DNA of 64,000 bases from Mytilus californianus (taxonomy: Eukaryota): contig NW_026262734.1 of assembly GCF_021869535.1 (NCBI RefSeq), positions 101,308,001 through 101,372,000 of the forward strand, given 5' to 3'. The position numbers were made by a program, and so were the translations under genes. Below, piece by piece: positions 39,439 to 52,259 of the stretch; position 1 is the stretch's first letter; every line of letters begins with the position of its first letter. The notes beneath the pieces were generated by a model that saw only the letters and a list, made by a program, of their open reading frames with translations, was not told the DNA's origin and made no database searches.

Positions 39439-39657
39439 TTTGTGTCGTCTGTAGCAAAATCCCGTGTCTTTTTGTGTTGTCCGGAGCAAAATCCCGTGTT
39501 ATCTTGTGTTGTCTGGAGCAAAATCCCGTGTCTTTTTGTGCTGTCTGGAGCAAAATCCCGTGTCTTTTTGTGCTGTCTGGAGCAAAATCCCGTGTCTTTT
39601 TGTGTTGTCTGGAGTAAAATCCCGTGTCTTTTTGTGTTGTCTGTAGCAAAATCCCGT
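39439..39657 (+). repeat. 32-bp minisatellite, about 6.7 copies (gcaaaatcccgtgtctttttgtgttgtctgga)
   Basis: Unit starts 39454, 39486, 39518, 39550, 39582, 39614, 39646. Confidence 0.95.
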
Positions 39658-39829
39658 CTAGTAATGCATTCCTACCCCTATCAGGGTTTATGCAGATGTG
39701 TCTTTAACATATTTATGTACAACCCACCACCAAGGACAATCCCCAAACTTACTTCTGGGGAGTGTTAGGACACCGAGAAGTCTGTTATTATGAGGGTCTG
39801 GATTGGGGGGTCTTTCATTTCTGTATTCC

Positions 39830-42200
39830 TTAACTTTGACTAATCGAGGACCCCTCGAAGTTGAAACGAACATCCAAAAACAAGGGATATCCCCTTGTTT
39901 TAACCTCGATTGTAAATTTGAGAGACAGAATTTTAAAAAATTAAAGCGCAAACTGAAAGCAAGGCCTTCTTCTATATCATTAAATAAAGTCAAAGAATCT
40001 AGAAAAGATACAAAAATAGGAAATTAAATAAACTTAGATCTCAAAACACCAAAGAGTGTTGGAAAATTTTGAATCAACGTGAACATTCAAAACATCCGAA
40101 TATTAATTTTAAGGTTTTTCTCAACTTTTTCAAATGACTGCATGAATTCGGATGACTAAGATCCAATGGACTTGCCAAATAATGATAAAAGTGAAATGAG
40201 TGAACTGAATGATAATCTGAAAAGTCCAATTACGAAAGAAGAAATATTAAAATGTATCACTGACAATTTAAAGAATAACAAAGCTTGTGATGATGATGAC
40301 TTTGTGACTATTTATGAGCATTAAAACTTCGAGCGATTTTTCTATTAATGTTTATGTTGAATTGTTTAACTTGATTTTTAGAACTGGAATAGTACCAGTA
40401 TCTTAGGTAATTGGAACTATCAAGCCATTTTATAAAAACAGAGGGAGTAGGTTTGGTCTAAAATAACTATCGATCCATTACTATTACATGTAAGCTGTAT
40501 GGGTAAATGATTTACAGCTATTTTAAGTAATAGACTAGCAAGGTTCTCCGATTAAGTTTTATTACTTGAAGATAACCAAAGTGGGTTTCGAAATAGTTAC
40601 TCAAAAAGTGATTGTATCTTTACACTTCACTATTTTTTTGAAATTTTGAAATTAAAAAAGAAAAAAAATGTTCAGTGTTTTTGTCGATTTCGAAAAATTA
40701 TTTGATACAGTGAGGGAGAGATGTTTATGGCATAAGATGCTAGTAGATGGTATCAATGGTTATATGTATAAGATTATTCATAATATGTATGATGATATAA
40801 AATAATGCTTGTCATACAATGGTGAGAGATCTGACTATTTTCCAAGCAGCATTGTGGTACGCCAAGGGGAGAACTTATCCCCTTTCCTTATTTCCCCTTT
40901 ATTGAACGATTTGGAAGTTTTCTTTAATAAAGGGAATTTGGTAGGTTTGAAAAATATATCAGGTGTCCTAGAAGACGAACTAGATATCTATGTTAAACTG
41001 TTTGCAATACTATATGAGACGATACTTTGATAATGGCTGAATCAGCCCAGAACTTCAAGTACTACTAGAAAATTTTAATTCATATTGTAATGCTTGAAAA
41101 ATTTATAAACCTAAATTTAGGCAAGACCAAAATCATGATTTTTTTGTAGTAGTAGACAACCTGTAAATCTTAAATTTAATTTTAGCAACTCTGACTTAGA
41201 GATTGTTAAAGAGTTTAATCATCTTCGAATTTATTTTTCTATAAATGGCTCATTTAAAGCAAACAAGAAGCATCTAGCAGACAAAGCTACGCGAGCCATG
41301 TATGAAGTTATCAAAAAAGGGAAACAATATGGTTTATCGGTAAGTTGTTAATTAGATTTATTTGATAAATTAGTTAAAACTGTTTTACTTTAAGGCTATG
41401 AAATTTGAGGATTTGGAAATAATGAAATATAAAAAAAGAGTTCATTTAAACTTTAAAATTTGTAAACTTCATCTCCATCTAAAATCCTCCATTCTAAATG
41501 GTGTATTATATGGAGACCTAGGACGTTATCCTATATATTAGCTCAGATATCAAAGTTCGCATGATTTCTTACTGCATGAGCAAAGTTAATCTTTAGCAAA
41601 CCCAGTAAAACATCAGCAATAACATATAAATTAATGTTTAGTATAACTCATATTTTATGTTAACTTTAATTGGATGAAATGTATAGAATTTACCCTTAAT
41701 AAAACAGTCTGGTTGTTCTTATGTATGGTTAACTCAAACTTGTATTAATGAAATTTGGTTAAAACGACAGTTAGAACATCTCTACAAAATCAATTCAAAC
41801 AAACATGGTATTTAGATATTCAAACGAACTCAAAAACATTCAATCGCCGCCTTTTTAAGGAGTTTTTTGGATTCGAGAAGTATTAAGATGTGTTTTTGGA
41901 ACCCCGTGACATTTACTACCTCTGCCAATTTAGACTAATCAACCATAAATTACCAATAGAAAGTGTTAGATGAAAAAAAAAATCAGCGAGATAAAAGAAT
42001 ATGCGAACAATGTGATTTAAATTAAAAGATCTCGGAGATGAATTTTAGTATGTGATGAAGTGTAAATTTATGGCTATAGAAAGAAAAAAGTATATTGATA
42101 TGAGACACATTAATTGTCGACATGCACATCGGGTGCACTTATATTGGTACAGATAATGTTATTTCAATTAATTCTTTAAATTTTACGATAGTTAACTACA
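39830..42200 (+). mobile_element. Decayed non-LTR retrotransposon (LINE) RT region; clade not assigned (RTE-X/CR1-like)
   Basis: Interrupted motifs PITKEEI, NNYRSI, DNQSGFR, FVDFEKLFDTV, VRQGENLSP, a YADD with a 1-nt deletion near 41012, GRYP, and C-terminal NHKLPIE...C..C...GDEF. Confidence 0.85.
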
Positions 42201-45200
42201 TTGTAAAGGCCACCGCATATTGATTCACAGTTCTTCGGATTCCCTTCTCTGAAATTTTGAAACTTAAAAAAAAAAGTTTTTTCCTGGAGGCATGCTGAAC
42301 TATTGTTCCATCTATATTAAATCAATAATTTAAATTTCAAAATGTCATCACTTATCCCACAATTCACAAAATAAGTTTTTGGTGTTAATAAAAAATTATA
42401 TCTTGCTCCTGAAATAAGGATAATTAAAAACGCACCTTCCACTCAACAAATTTGAGGTATTGCTTGCTGAAATGTTCATTTGAAAAAAAAACAACATTAA
42501 AACATTAAATTTTGCTAGCTAGCTTCATTTTTTGTAGATAAAATCCAAAGAACAAGTATTCAATTTGGAGTGACCAAAAGAAACTTCTTTAACAATCAAT
42601 AAATGTGTTTCGGATGAACCTACTACTTTTGTATTTTACAGCTCATTATTGAAGGCTATACGGTGACCTATAGTTGTTTACATCAACGCTGACCTATAGT
42701 TGTTTTGGTCTCTAGTGGATAATACTGTTGTCTCATTGGTAATCATATACCACGTCTCCTGATTTTTATACTAACCTTTTATGAGTTACGTGTAATCAGA
42801 ACGAAGACGATAAATTCGACACTTTTATTGGGAGACTACCAGGCGCTTTATTAAAGGAAGGAGATGTGATATGATTGCCAATAACACAGTCCAAATGACG
42901 TGGTTGCAAGCAATTATATGTCACCGTACGTCCTTCAACAATGAGCTAGAATCACATCGTATAGTCAGCTATGAAAGATCCCGACATGACAAAATGTAAA
43001 ACAATTAAACGAGAAAACCCACGGTTTTATTAATGACAGAACCAATAAACGAAAAAAAAAAAAATATTACAGACAGCAACCAACGACAACCATTAAATTA
43101 CCGGCTTCTGACTTGGGACAAACACATACAAAAAAGTGGCGGAGTTAAACATGTTTCTAAGCACTCAACTCTCTCCCAAGTCCGAGATTGCTCTGAGGTC
43201 TGACGGTCTTTTTTAAGACTTGCTGGGACTGTGATTGATTGATTGATTGATTGTTGGTTGCTTAACGTCCAGTGACAAATATTTCATGCATGTTCAGGAT
43301 GTTGCTGGGACTGTGACCCACGGCCTAAGCTAGTCACAGAAGAGGATGTCAGAGCAATCCCGCACTTCCCCCTCTATCCTTGGACAGTGATGTAACAGCA
43401 ATAATAACAGTTGAACAGGGCTTAAATCATCAGATTGGCACGAGGCACAAATTAAACAACTAACGTAAATATATAAGGCACACAATACTAATCTTAAAGT
43501 ACTAACATTTACTGAAAGCTAGTTAAAAGCCAGTTACAAATAATAAACAGTGTACGATAAAGAGCTTAAACAAACACAACTACTGCATGACTCTTTGGGG
43601 CAAATATCTTAGATATCTACTAGTATTCAAATTAAGGCAGTCCAAATTTCCCGTCGTCTATCCTGTTCAACCAACCTTGCAGGACTTACATATTTGAGTA
43701 ATTGTAAACTTACATGAAACATTTTCCTCTGAATGAATCAAAACGATCTACAAGATTTAGAATTAGAGTGCCCAGAATTGACATATTTTATAGACCTCTG
43801 TTAATTGTTAGAGACTGTGTGTGTCTTTTTTATGTTGGGTTGCTGTCTGCTTGACGTTACCTCATATCTCCCTTTATTCATCTGTGGTGTTTGTGTTATG
43901 TGTGTCTTTGTGATGCTTTCTCATTGACGTATACCTATATCTCTTTTTCTCTTTTCTTTTTTTTTTTTTTGGAAAAAAAGAGGGGGGGGGCTCTTTGTGT
44001 TTTTATATTAACCATATCTCCTTGTATTCGTATACCTCGTCTATGAAGGCTTTAATTATACGCTGTGTCTTTTATTAAATAGTTCTGTCAAATATTTAAT
44101 AGGGTTGTATTACAGTAAAGGAGGTGGAAAGTTGATGACCATGGTCACGTACTCTCATATTTCTGACTAAAACATATTTGACTAATTAGCTCAGAAGAAA
44201 GCACAAACAAAGCGCTCACACACATGTTTATACCCACCATATTCTTTATGTGCCTGTCCTTAGCCTTCAATCTAGTGGTTGTCGTTGGTTATTGTTTGTC
44301 GTGATTATTTTTAGCTAATTGTTATACCGGTAGAACGAATCATGGCAGATCGTTGATTTCCTCTTTTGAATTGTTTCACAATTTGGTATCTGTAGCCCTT
44401 TTATAGTTTTTATACGGTAATGTGTTTTTTTTCTCTAATTGTTGAAGGCCACACAGTGACATATAATTGTCCACAACTTTTTGTTTGGTCTTAAAAGATA
44501 GTTGTCTCATTAGCAATCATACCATGCACACGTCCTAAATTTAGACACTTTAATTGATCATGACGCCATCAGAGACGGATTTAGAGGGTTTTCCAGGGGG
44601 CCCGGGCCCCCCTTTTGTGGGATGAAATTCAAATCACTACCCATCATCTTTCTATTGTCGTTTCATCCAATGTCCCTCTCAAATGTCCCCTCCTCAGAAA
44701 CAGAGAGACGCACCCCAGTTTCAGCAAGAGCATAATGACTTTACCTGTTACATATTTTCCTGATGATAATATCAAACATTTTTCCAAGTCTACCTTGGGG
44801 TATATTAATTGAATGATTGGTTGGTTTTTTTTTATTCAATATTTAATGAGATATGATAACAAATAATAAATAATATAAAAATATCAATATCACAATATTC
44901 TGCCCTAATACATGCTGTAAAAATTATAAATAAGTATATCTGTAAATTGATTGAGAAATTAACATCACAAGGTGATCATATACTTTTGCTTACATCAACG
45001 TCCTTTTGGTCTCATGTGGATATTTGTTTCGTTAGACATGCCACATCGCCTTATATATATATATTTATATATATATTTAGAAAAATGGGACCACTTTTTA
45101 TAAATGCATGCTAAAAATCTTGTTTATAGAGGCAACATGATTGTCTTGATGAAGCTTTTCTTTGAATTATTTTTATATAATGAGAAGTAGATAAATTTTA

Positions 45201-45317
45201 ATCAACCACCTAAACAGACCTTCCTCTCCTGCAATACAAGCTTTACATTTTCATTAGTACTTACCATTCAACTCTTAAAAAAAAGAATCATCCGCCGATC
45301 ACATAACATAAACAATA

Positions 45318-45514
45318 GTCTGGATTGGGTTTACAGAAAAGAAAGTAATGGACAACGACCACAGAAAAAAGAGACAAACAATAAAAGAATAGCGATAAAT
45401 AGGCAAACAAATTTAAGAATAGAGAATAATGGAGTACTGCAAAATAAAGAATATAATGGTCAAAATAAATAAAGAACAGAGAAAGATGGCATTAAGAATT
45501 AACGAATACAGAAA
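45318..45514 (+). mobile_element. Purine-rich MITE-like element split by the 45515 element; remainder at ~47467-47488, reverse copies at 57590-57790 and 39789-39830
   Basis: Ends gtctggattgggt and cccctcatccagacctc; aagaatagagaataa-type core. Confidence 0.55.
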
Positions 45515-45732
45515 TAAATAAAATGCTCCGCTGGGCGCAGCTTGATACGACCGCAGAGGTCGAACCCTGAACAGTTGGGGCAACTATGGACACAACATTC
45601 AAGCTTGATACAGCACTGAATTTGGATTGTGATTAAATATTTGACACAGCACAGGTTTCTGACACAGAATGAATGTGGTCTAAGAACTTAAAAATTTTAA
45701 ATTGGACATTCACCTATTATGGTCCAATATCC

Positions 45733-46315
45733 AAAATCTAAATACATGGTTAGATTCAGCATATCAAAGAACCCCAAGAATTCAATTTTTGATGAAACCA
45801 AACAAAAAAGTTTTAATTTTGGACCCTTTTGACCTCAATGTGGACAAAGTTGATAACGGGGCCCAAAAAATCAAAAATCTAAATACATGGTTAGATTCAG
45901 CATATCAAAGAACCCCATATATTCAATTTTTGTTGAAATCAAACAAAGTTAAATTTTGGACCCCGATTTGGACCAACTTGAAAACTGGGCCCATAATCAA
46001 AAATCTAAATACATGTTTAGATTCAGAATATCAAAGAACCCTATAAATTCAATTTTTGTTAAAATCAAACTAAGTTTAATTTTGGACCCTTTGGACCTTA
46101 ATGTAGACCAATTTGAAAACGGAACCAAAAATTAAGAATCTAAATACACGGTTAGATTCGGCATATCAAAGAACCCCAATAGTTCAATTTTTGATGAAAT
46201 CAAACAAAGTTAAATTTTGGACCCTTTGGACCTCAATGTGGACCAATTTAAAAACGGGGCCCAAAATCCAAAAACTTAATACACGGTTAGATTCAGCATA
46301 TTAAAGAACCCCAAG
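45733..46315 (+). repeat. Tandem array, 126-141-bp unit, about 4.5 copies
   Basis: aaaatctaaatacatggttagattcagcatatcaaagaacccc recurs at ~45733, 45874, 46000, 46135, 46271. Confidence 0.9.
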
Positions 46316-46381
46316 AATTTCAAGAATAAAACCCCATTGAAATTGATCAAGAAATAAGCAATTTATACAAAGTATCTTCTT

Positions 46382-46603
46382 TTGCACAATACTGTGCAAT
46401 TGAATATTTCTTGCTATTGCGCAATACTGTACAATTGACAATTTCTTGCTATTGCGCAATATTGTGCTATTGGATATTTCTTGCTATTGCGCAATACTGT
46501 GCAATTGAAGATTTCTTGCTATTGCGCAATACTGTGCAATTGAAGATTTCTTGCTATTGTGCAATACTGTGCAATTGAAAATTTCTTGCTATTGCACAAT
46601 ACT
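46382..46603 (+). repeat. 35-bp tandem array, about 6.3 copies (ttgcgcaatactgtgcaattgaagatttcttgcta)
   Basis: Unit starts 46382, 46417, 46452, 46487, 46522, 46557, 46592. Confidence 0.95.
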
Positions 46604-46779
46604 TATTATATAATAATTTACACATCCTGTTTGGTGTGTATCTCCTACCATATCATTATTATTTGCTTTTAAATATAAATCAGAAATAACCAACTTAAAA
46701 TGAAAAATTTTAAAAGAAAAAAAGAAAAAAAAAAGAAACCCCCCCCCCCAAATTTTTTGAACCCCCTTATGATTCATCA

Positions 46780-47340
46780 CCCCAAAACTCAATCCCAGCC
46801 TTCCCTTTGTGGTATGGTACCTTGCAGTACAATTTCAGAGAGATCCATACACTTGAACACAAGTTATTGTCTGGAAACTAGAAAAATGCTTATTTTTGGC
46901 CCCCTTTTGGCCCCCAATTCCTAAACGTTTCGGGCAATTACCCCCAAACTCAATTCCAGCTTTCCCTTTGTGATATGGAACCTTGTAGTACAATTTCAGA
47001 AATATCCAAACACTTACACACAAGTTATTGTCATGAAACTAGAAAAATGCTTGTTTTTTGCACCTTTTTTGGCCCCTAATTTCTAAAATTTTGAGGCAAT
47101 TACCCCAAAAATCATTTATAGACTTCCCTTTGTGATATGGAACCTTGTGGTACAATGTCAGAGAGATCCATACACTTACACACAAGTTATTGTCTGGAAG
47201 TTATAAAAATGCTTATTTTTGGCCCCTTTTTGGCCCCTAATTCCTTAACTGTTGGTACCATAACCCCCAAAATCAATCCCAACCTTCCTTTAGTGGTATT
47301 GAACCTTATGGTAAAATTTCATGGAGATCCATTCACTTAA
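46780..47340 (+). repeat. Tandem array, ~161-bp unit, about 3.5 copies
   Basis: ccccaaa..tcaat.cc...cttccctttgtg recurs at ~46780, 46941, 47103, 47264. Confidence 0.9.
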
Positions 47341-47722
47341 ACTAAAGTTAGAGTGCGAAGACCAATGTGTCTTCGGACGACGACGACAACGACAACGACG
47401 ACGACGACGCCAACGTCATACCAATATACGACCAAAATTTTTTTAATTTTTGCGGTCGTATAAAAACCCCTCATCCAGACCTCATATACTATATGGGTCA
47501 GAATATTTGCATGGTGTTTAGTTCAATATTGACCTGAGACTAGAAAAGAAAAAAAAGAGATACAAAAAGGAATGCAATTGAAGGTCAAACAAACAGAAAA
47601 GTAAAAATAAAATAATAAAGAAAGACAAATTCTGTTGACGAATACTGAAAAAACGGTGGTTCAAAAAATCCAAACGAAACCGCAAGTTAAAGCTCATTAA
47701 TAATGTTCTTAAATTGTCTTCG

Positions 47723-47872
47723 TTATTCCATGCAAGACTGAACTACATCACAATACTTGTTACGTTCAGAGTCAACACTATGTTCTCGCTGTACATATTC
47801 ACTGGCGCCTTGTACTGTGTTCTCTCGTAAATGTTTATCAAGTAATAATTGTTCCACATGTTCTATACATTG
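47723..47872 (-). CDS. GLT1D1: GLT1D1-like glycosyltransferase, last exon
   Basis: aattttcag|CAA, phase 0; QCIEHVEQLLLDKHLRENTVQGASEYVQREHSVDSERNKY...ME* resembles the vertebrate GLT1D1 C-terminus. Confidence 0.85.
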   Translation of the reverse strand, partial: QCIEHVEQLLLDKHLRENTVQGASEYVQREHSVDSERNKYCDVVQSCME

Positions 47873-48381
47873 CTGAAAATTAACATATTCACATTTAAGG
47901 AATTTCGAAAGTAGAAACAATTCTGAGAAAAATCCACAAATATCTTCCCCTTTTTGAACTCCTCAATGTATATAGTTCAAATATTTTCTTCATCATTCAC
48001 AAAATTTTTTTCTTTAAATTTGGTGCGTTCGAAGAGCTTTTCTGGATTTAACTTCTTCCGGAAAAAATGAAAGCAACACTTTGTAAATTTCTTTAGGAAC
48101 GCTCACATCCAAAATTATAAAAGCAAAGTAGGTATATACATGTTTACATAAAAAGTATTTGACCAAACGGACTTATAACGAATAACCAAATCCACCTTCG
48201 GTCAATTTTGAACCTTGATTTCTTAATATTTTCTAAACTCACCCACGGATCACTATGTACATTTAAGTTATCTACCCATATGAAAAAAAATATGCAAAAA
48301 GATGATAAGAAGTGTCATACTTTTGGGTCATAAAACTACAAAGTCACACATTTAGATCAGAGACTACAATTTAAGTAATAC

Positions 48382-48480
48382 CTTTGGATTAGAGAATACA
48401 AAACCATTAACGCCATGTTCTACGATATCTTTATTGCCATCAATATCACGTACAATTACAGGTACTTTCAACATCATTGC
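48382..48480 (-). CDS. GLT1D1: GLT1D1-like exon (AMMLKVPVIVRDIDGNKDIVEHGVNGFVFSNPK)
   Basis: ttattctcag acceptor, AAG|gtatta donor, 99 nt, phase 0-0. Confidence 0.9.
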
Positions 48481-48695
48481 CTGAGAATAACAAATTAATT
48501 AAATCATTATTTAAACAAAATGTACATTTGTATATAGAACTGTTTCGAGATACATTGAGTGCTTTAAAGGAAAATATACGGGCATTAAGTACTATAGGCC
48601 TAGACATTGTCGAAGTATTGCATGCTTGGTTTGTAGAAACATACCCTATCGGTTTTTGTTATAAAAAACAACAACCCAGTCAACAGACTAACAGT

Positions 48696-48892
48696 GGGCC
48701 AACGTTGGCAAATTGTCGGTCCGTTGGTCGACCGTTGGTGTTGGCTGCACAACATTGGCCCAACGTTGGCAAATTGTCGGTCCGTTGGTCGAACGTTGAT
48801 GTTGGCTGCACAACATTGGCCCAACGATGGCAAATTGTCGGTCCGTTGGTCGCACATTGGTGTTGGCTGCACAACATTGGCCTAACGTTGGC
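48696..48892 (+). repeat. 61-bp subterminal tandem repeat, about 3.3 copies
   Basis: Unit starts 48696, 48757, 48818, 48879; contains palindrome ccaacgttgg. Confidence 0.95.
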
Positions 48893-50284
48893 CTGCTGTT
48901 GTAAATCCATATTATTATCTCATGTTGGTTAAAAATAATCGGGCCAACGTTGGCATTATGTTAGTAGCAACATAGGGCCGATATGAAATTTTGTAAATAA
49001 AAATTGATTATGAAATATTTTACACTTTATTTCTCTTGGGAGGCGGATAATTGCGATTGCTGCATGCTTTATGAAAACTTAATATTATACCGAAAGTGTT
49101 CATCAACTGAAATTACATTTACAACTCTATGTTGGGCAAATGCTGGGCTAATGTTGATCCTATATTATACATTATATATAAGCCAGGTAATATTTATTCT
49201 GGAATATCATTACTGTAATAAAAAAATGTATATCGTAAACATATAGATTGCCTGGTTAAAAGTTTAAATGTATTGCAATAATTATTTATTATAACCTTTT
49301 TCATTAAACTTTGTGAAACATAATAATTTAGCAGTTATATACAGAGTGATATTTGATACAGCCAGTATGTTAATCAAGCACATTCTGATAAGGTTGACCA
49401 TATGTTAGACACATTTCAAAGATAGTTGCTATGGTAATTAAGTTTATAGGAAATCTGAATGTAATGGGATGGTCACTTTTGTGGTTATTTCCTGTTGTGT
49501 ATTTGAAAGAAAGCAGTGAAATGAAGAAAAGACAGAGAAAAAATCTTATCATCTGAGGTTCAAAGAGTAAGAAATTAACATGTAAGTTGTAACTTTAAAA
49601 ATTCTGTTTTATATACGATTATGAATTGACAAATACAATAATTATGTTTTTTTTTAATCTGAGGGATGTTGTTCAAAATTAAAACATATAATTTTTATCA
49701 TTTTATAATGTTGATCTTGAAGTTTATATGTTTTGGGCGAAATATTTTCTAGATTTTGTTTAAATCATTTCAATCCTAAATATTTGAAATATTTGCCACT
49801 GAACATTAGTATCATCAAACAAATTGTAAATTACCAATATTTTAATATTTTATTTCTGAAATCTATTACGATTGCATTTATTACCATTATTAATTGAAAA
49901 ATCTGTCTTAAGATGCACCTTGTTCCGTAATGTTTCAGAAATGTGGTATAATGATTTCTACATTTTTGTACTTCATAGAAATATAAATGAATTTGTTAGT
50001 TTTCTTATTTCTAAATTGCATGCAAACATATACGATATATTTGTGAAACCTGATCATATACACACTTGCATGTGTAACAGTGTTTTAGATATCAAATAGA
50101 GTATTTATTTCTTAATCTTATTAAATTCATTGCAAGAATGTTGTAACTTATATATAATTATACAGACTTGACTGAATTTAGTTTTTTGTCCTCAGCAAAA
50201 CTTTTGATAAACAAAACCGATATTTGAATAGTTTGTAGGAGTAAATATCAGTCACAAAAAGCTGACGCTTGAAATATAAATAAA

Positions 50285-50322
<38 letters not shown>

Positions 50323-50453
50323 GTGTAAAAAAAAGACATTACCACACATAAGGATATTTATAAAAGAAAAAGACTATAAAGATTATTGTCCAAATTACTT
50401 GAAGTAGCTTTTCTTTTTAATATACAATTTTACATTTTAATATAAATTTATAG

Positions 50454-51199
50454 GTCAGGTATTTGAGTACTACAGAAGACAAAAATTAATCAGAGTGCAA
50501 AAGGAATAATACAGAGCTAGGAATAATAGAAATTATTGACAACATCCGGGCTAGAAAATGCATGGGAATGGAGATGGGGAAAAATGCATTCTACCATTTG
50601 ATAGCCCAGAATGAATAACTTTTAGAAAGTAAGTTAACATAATAGCAATCCTTTATGCTACATCAGATTCGAATTTCATATGCAGATATATATGCATCAA
50701 ATGTTTAATACTACCATGAATGCTAGTGTATTTAGACTGACCTTGTATTTTTTTTCAACTAGTTTTATTTATTTACTTTAAACGTATTTTGCCAAAGTTT
50801 CCTGTATCCAATTCTACACTCAATTGTCCTGCTTAACCTAACTAGCGAGGTGAAGTCTAACCATTATCGTAAAGTATGAAATATGCCTTTTGCCTTGATC
50901 TGTATAGGCTAGGGAAAATATTTAAAAAAAAGAGTATTTTTTCTAACTATTGTAATGTGCCAGAACACCGGAAACAATGTATTTTTTTTCTTCTTTGTTT
51001 ATTTTTTTAGGAGAATTTAATATATTCTAAATATACATACATTGAGTACTCATTTATTCATTACTTTATTACAGGGGACAGTGAAATAACTTTTATGAAG
51101 ATAATGCTAAACTGGATAAAGAATTTAACATAAGATGGAGCCAGAAATAGTGACAAAATAAAGCGTAGCAGAAAACAAAAGGAATACTCTTGTGAATAA
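50454..51199 (+). pseudogene. Spliced relic of a DUF4806/BEN-like gene inside the CACTA-like element (exons 50454-50628 and 51075-51199)
   Basis: ttatag|GTC...GAAA|gtaag and ttacag|GG, phases compatible; VRYLST..KN*SEC.RN...IIDN..ARK...GKNAFYHL / DSEITFMKIMLNWIKNLT*DGAR with stops. Confidence 0.45.
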
Positions 51200-52259
51200 A
51201 AACCATGTTGGAATACAGAACTAGAAAAATAACTGTATAAAATGAATTATCAATGCCTTCATACAGAGCTTGGATATTGCAACATAAGCTGTAATGATAT
51301 TATACAAATAGGATATTAAATGAATTATCATTCTAGATCTGATTTAGCAACGTATAGATACAAACAAGTTTTTAATAATAAATTATGTTTAATCATACCT
51401 TTGTATTTACATTATTTAAGAAAAATAGGTAACATGGATAGGTTGATTGAATTCATTCAAATATGGGTAAAATTCAGAAGTACAATTCCATGAGAGAGAT
51501 TGATTGGTTGTTGGTTACTGAAACGTTCATTGGCAAATATTTCATGCATGTTCAGGAATATGGAGAGAAAGTGGCAAAATACAAAATTTTCGGGTAGAAT
51601 GTCAGACAAAACGTGGTATAGTGGATCTGTAAAACGCAATAATTGCAACATTTTCAAAAAGTAATACTTTCGCCATTTTGAACTGATGTAAGAACCAGGA
51701 ATTATTGCACTTGTTGCCTGGAAGGGATTTTAGTATCCTTCATATGGATAAAAAAGTTTACAGATTGAACCAACGCAGTGCCAACATTTGTTAACAGTTT
51801 TTATTACTACGTTGGCCCAACGTTTGTTCAACATCGGCAAGTATTATTCCATCATTGGACCAACGTTGGGCCAATGTATTGTATAAAACATTAAAACGTT
51901 GTGCCAATGTTTAGCCATCACGTTGGGCCAACGTAGGGCCACTTTGCACTTATACATTGGGCCAACGTTTAAAAACAACGTTGGGCCAATGCATGTAGGT
52001 ACGTTAGGCCAACGTTGTGCCAACGTAACAATGTTGTCTGGGAAGCTGCTAAAAAAAAATACAACCAAAATATAATACAAAAAGAAGAAAATACCATTTT
52101 TTGGTCACCGAACTGTTTCCTGTGACCCCCCTCCCCCCTTCCCACAATAACTCTGTTTTAATAGTAATGATGGAATAAAAGTGCGATTTCTAATTCTGGG
52201 TTGCCACTATGACTTTGTGTGTTTATAAAAATTATGTTTATTCCTCTATTGTAAACTAA

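Larger units (their letters stand above)
45515..47467 (+). mobile_element. About 1.95-kb composite HINE/Helentron-like element carrying three tandem arrays
   Basis: 5' atacgaccgc (45545-54) inverted to 3' gcggtcgtat (47452-61); 3' hairpin tatacgacc...ggtcgtata; (GAC)n microsatellite before the 3' end. Confidence 0.75.
48675..52042. mobile_element. 3368-bp CACTA/EnSpm(CMC)-like non-autonomous transposon in a GLT1D1 intron
   Basis: AA|cccagtcaaca ... tgttgtctggg|AA (11-bp TIR, 1 mismatch, 2-bp TSD); subterminal ggcccaacgttgg motifs at both ends. Confidence 0.75.

Noticed and set aside
39439-39657. 32-bp repeats as a CRISPR array (also the 35-bp and 61-bp arrays)
   Set aside because: Units are contiguous with no unique spacers, there are no cas genes, and the context is an intron-rich animal genome
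45702-46304. Repetitive ORFs (NLNTWLDSAYQRTP...) as a repeat protein
   Set aside because: They coincide with the satellite array inside a non-autonomous element; units differ in length and break frame
39789-47488. A 7.7-kb composite transposon defined by gagggtctgga / tccagacctc inverted ends
   Set aside because: Both ends are explained as 3' ends of separate small elements of one family (45318-47488 and a reverse fragment at 39789); another copy is at 57590-57790
48477-48932. 151-aa ORF and the overlapping ORFs as genes
   Set aside because: They are translations of the 61-bp subterminal repeat, open in several frames on both strands
50285-50321. Poly-G tracts (also ~29872-29900 and ~52283-52300) as functional G-quadruplex elements
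   Set aside because: All lie inside transposon-derived sequence, and homopolymer lengths are unreliable in assemblies
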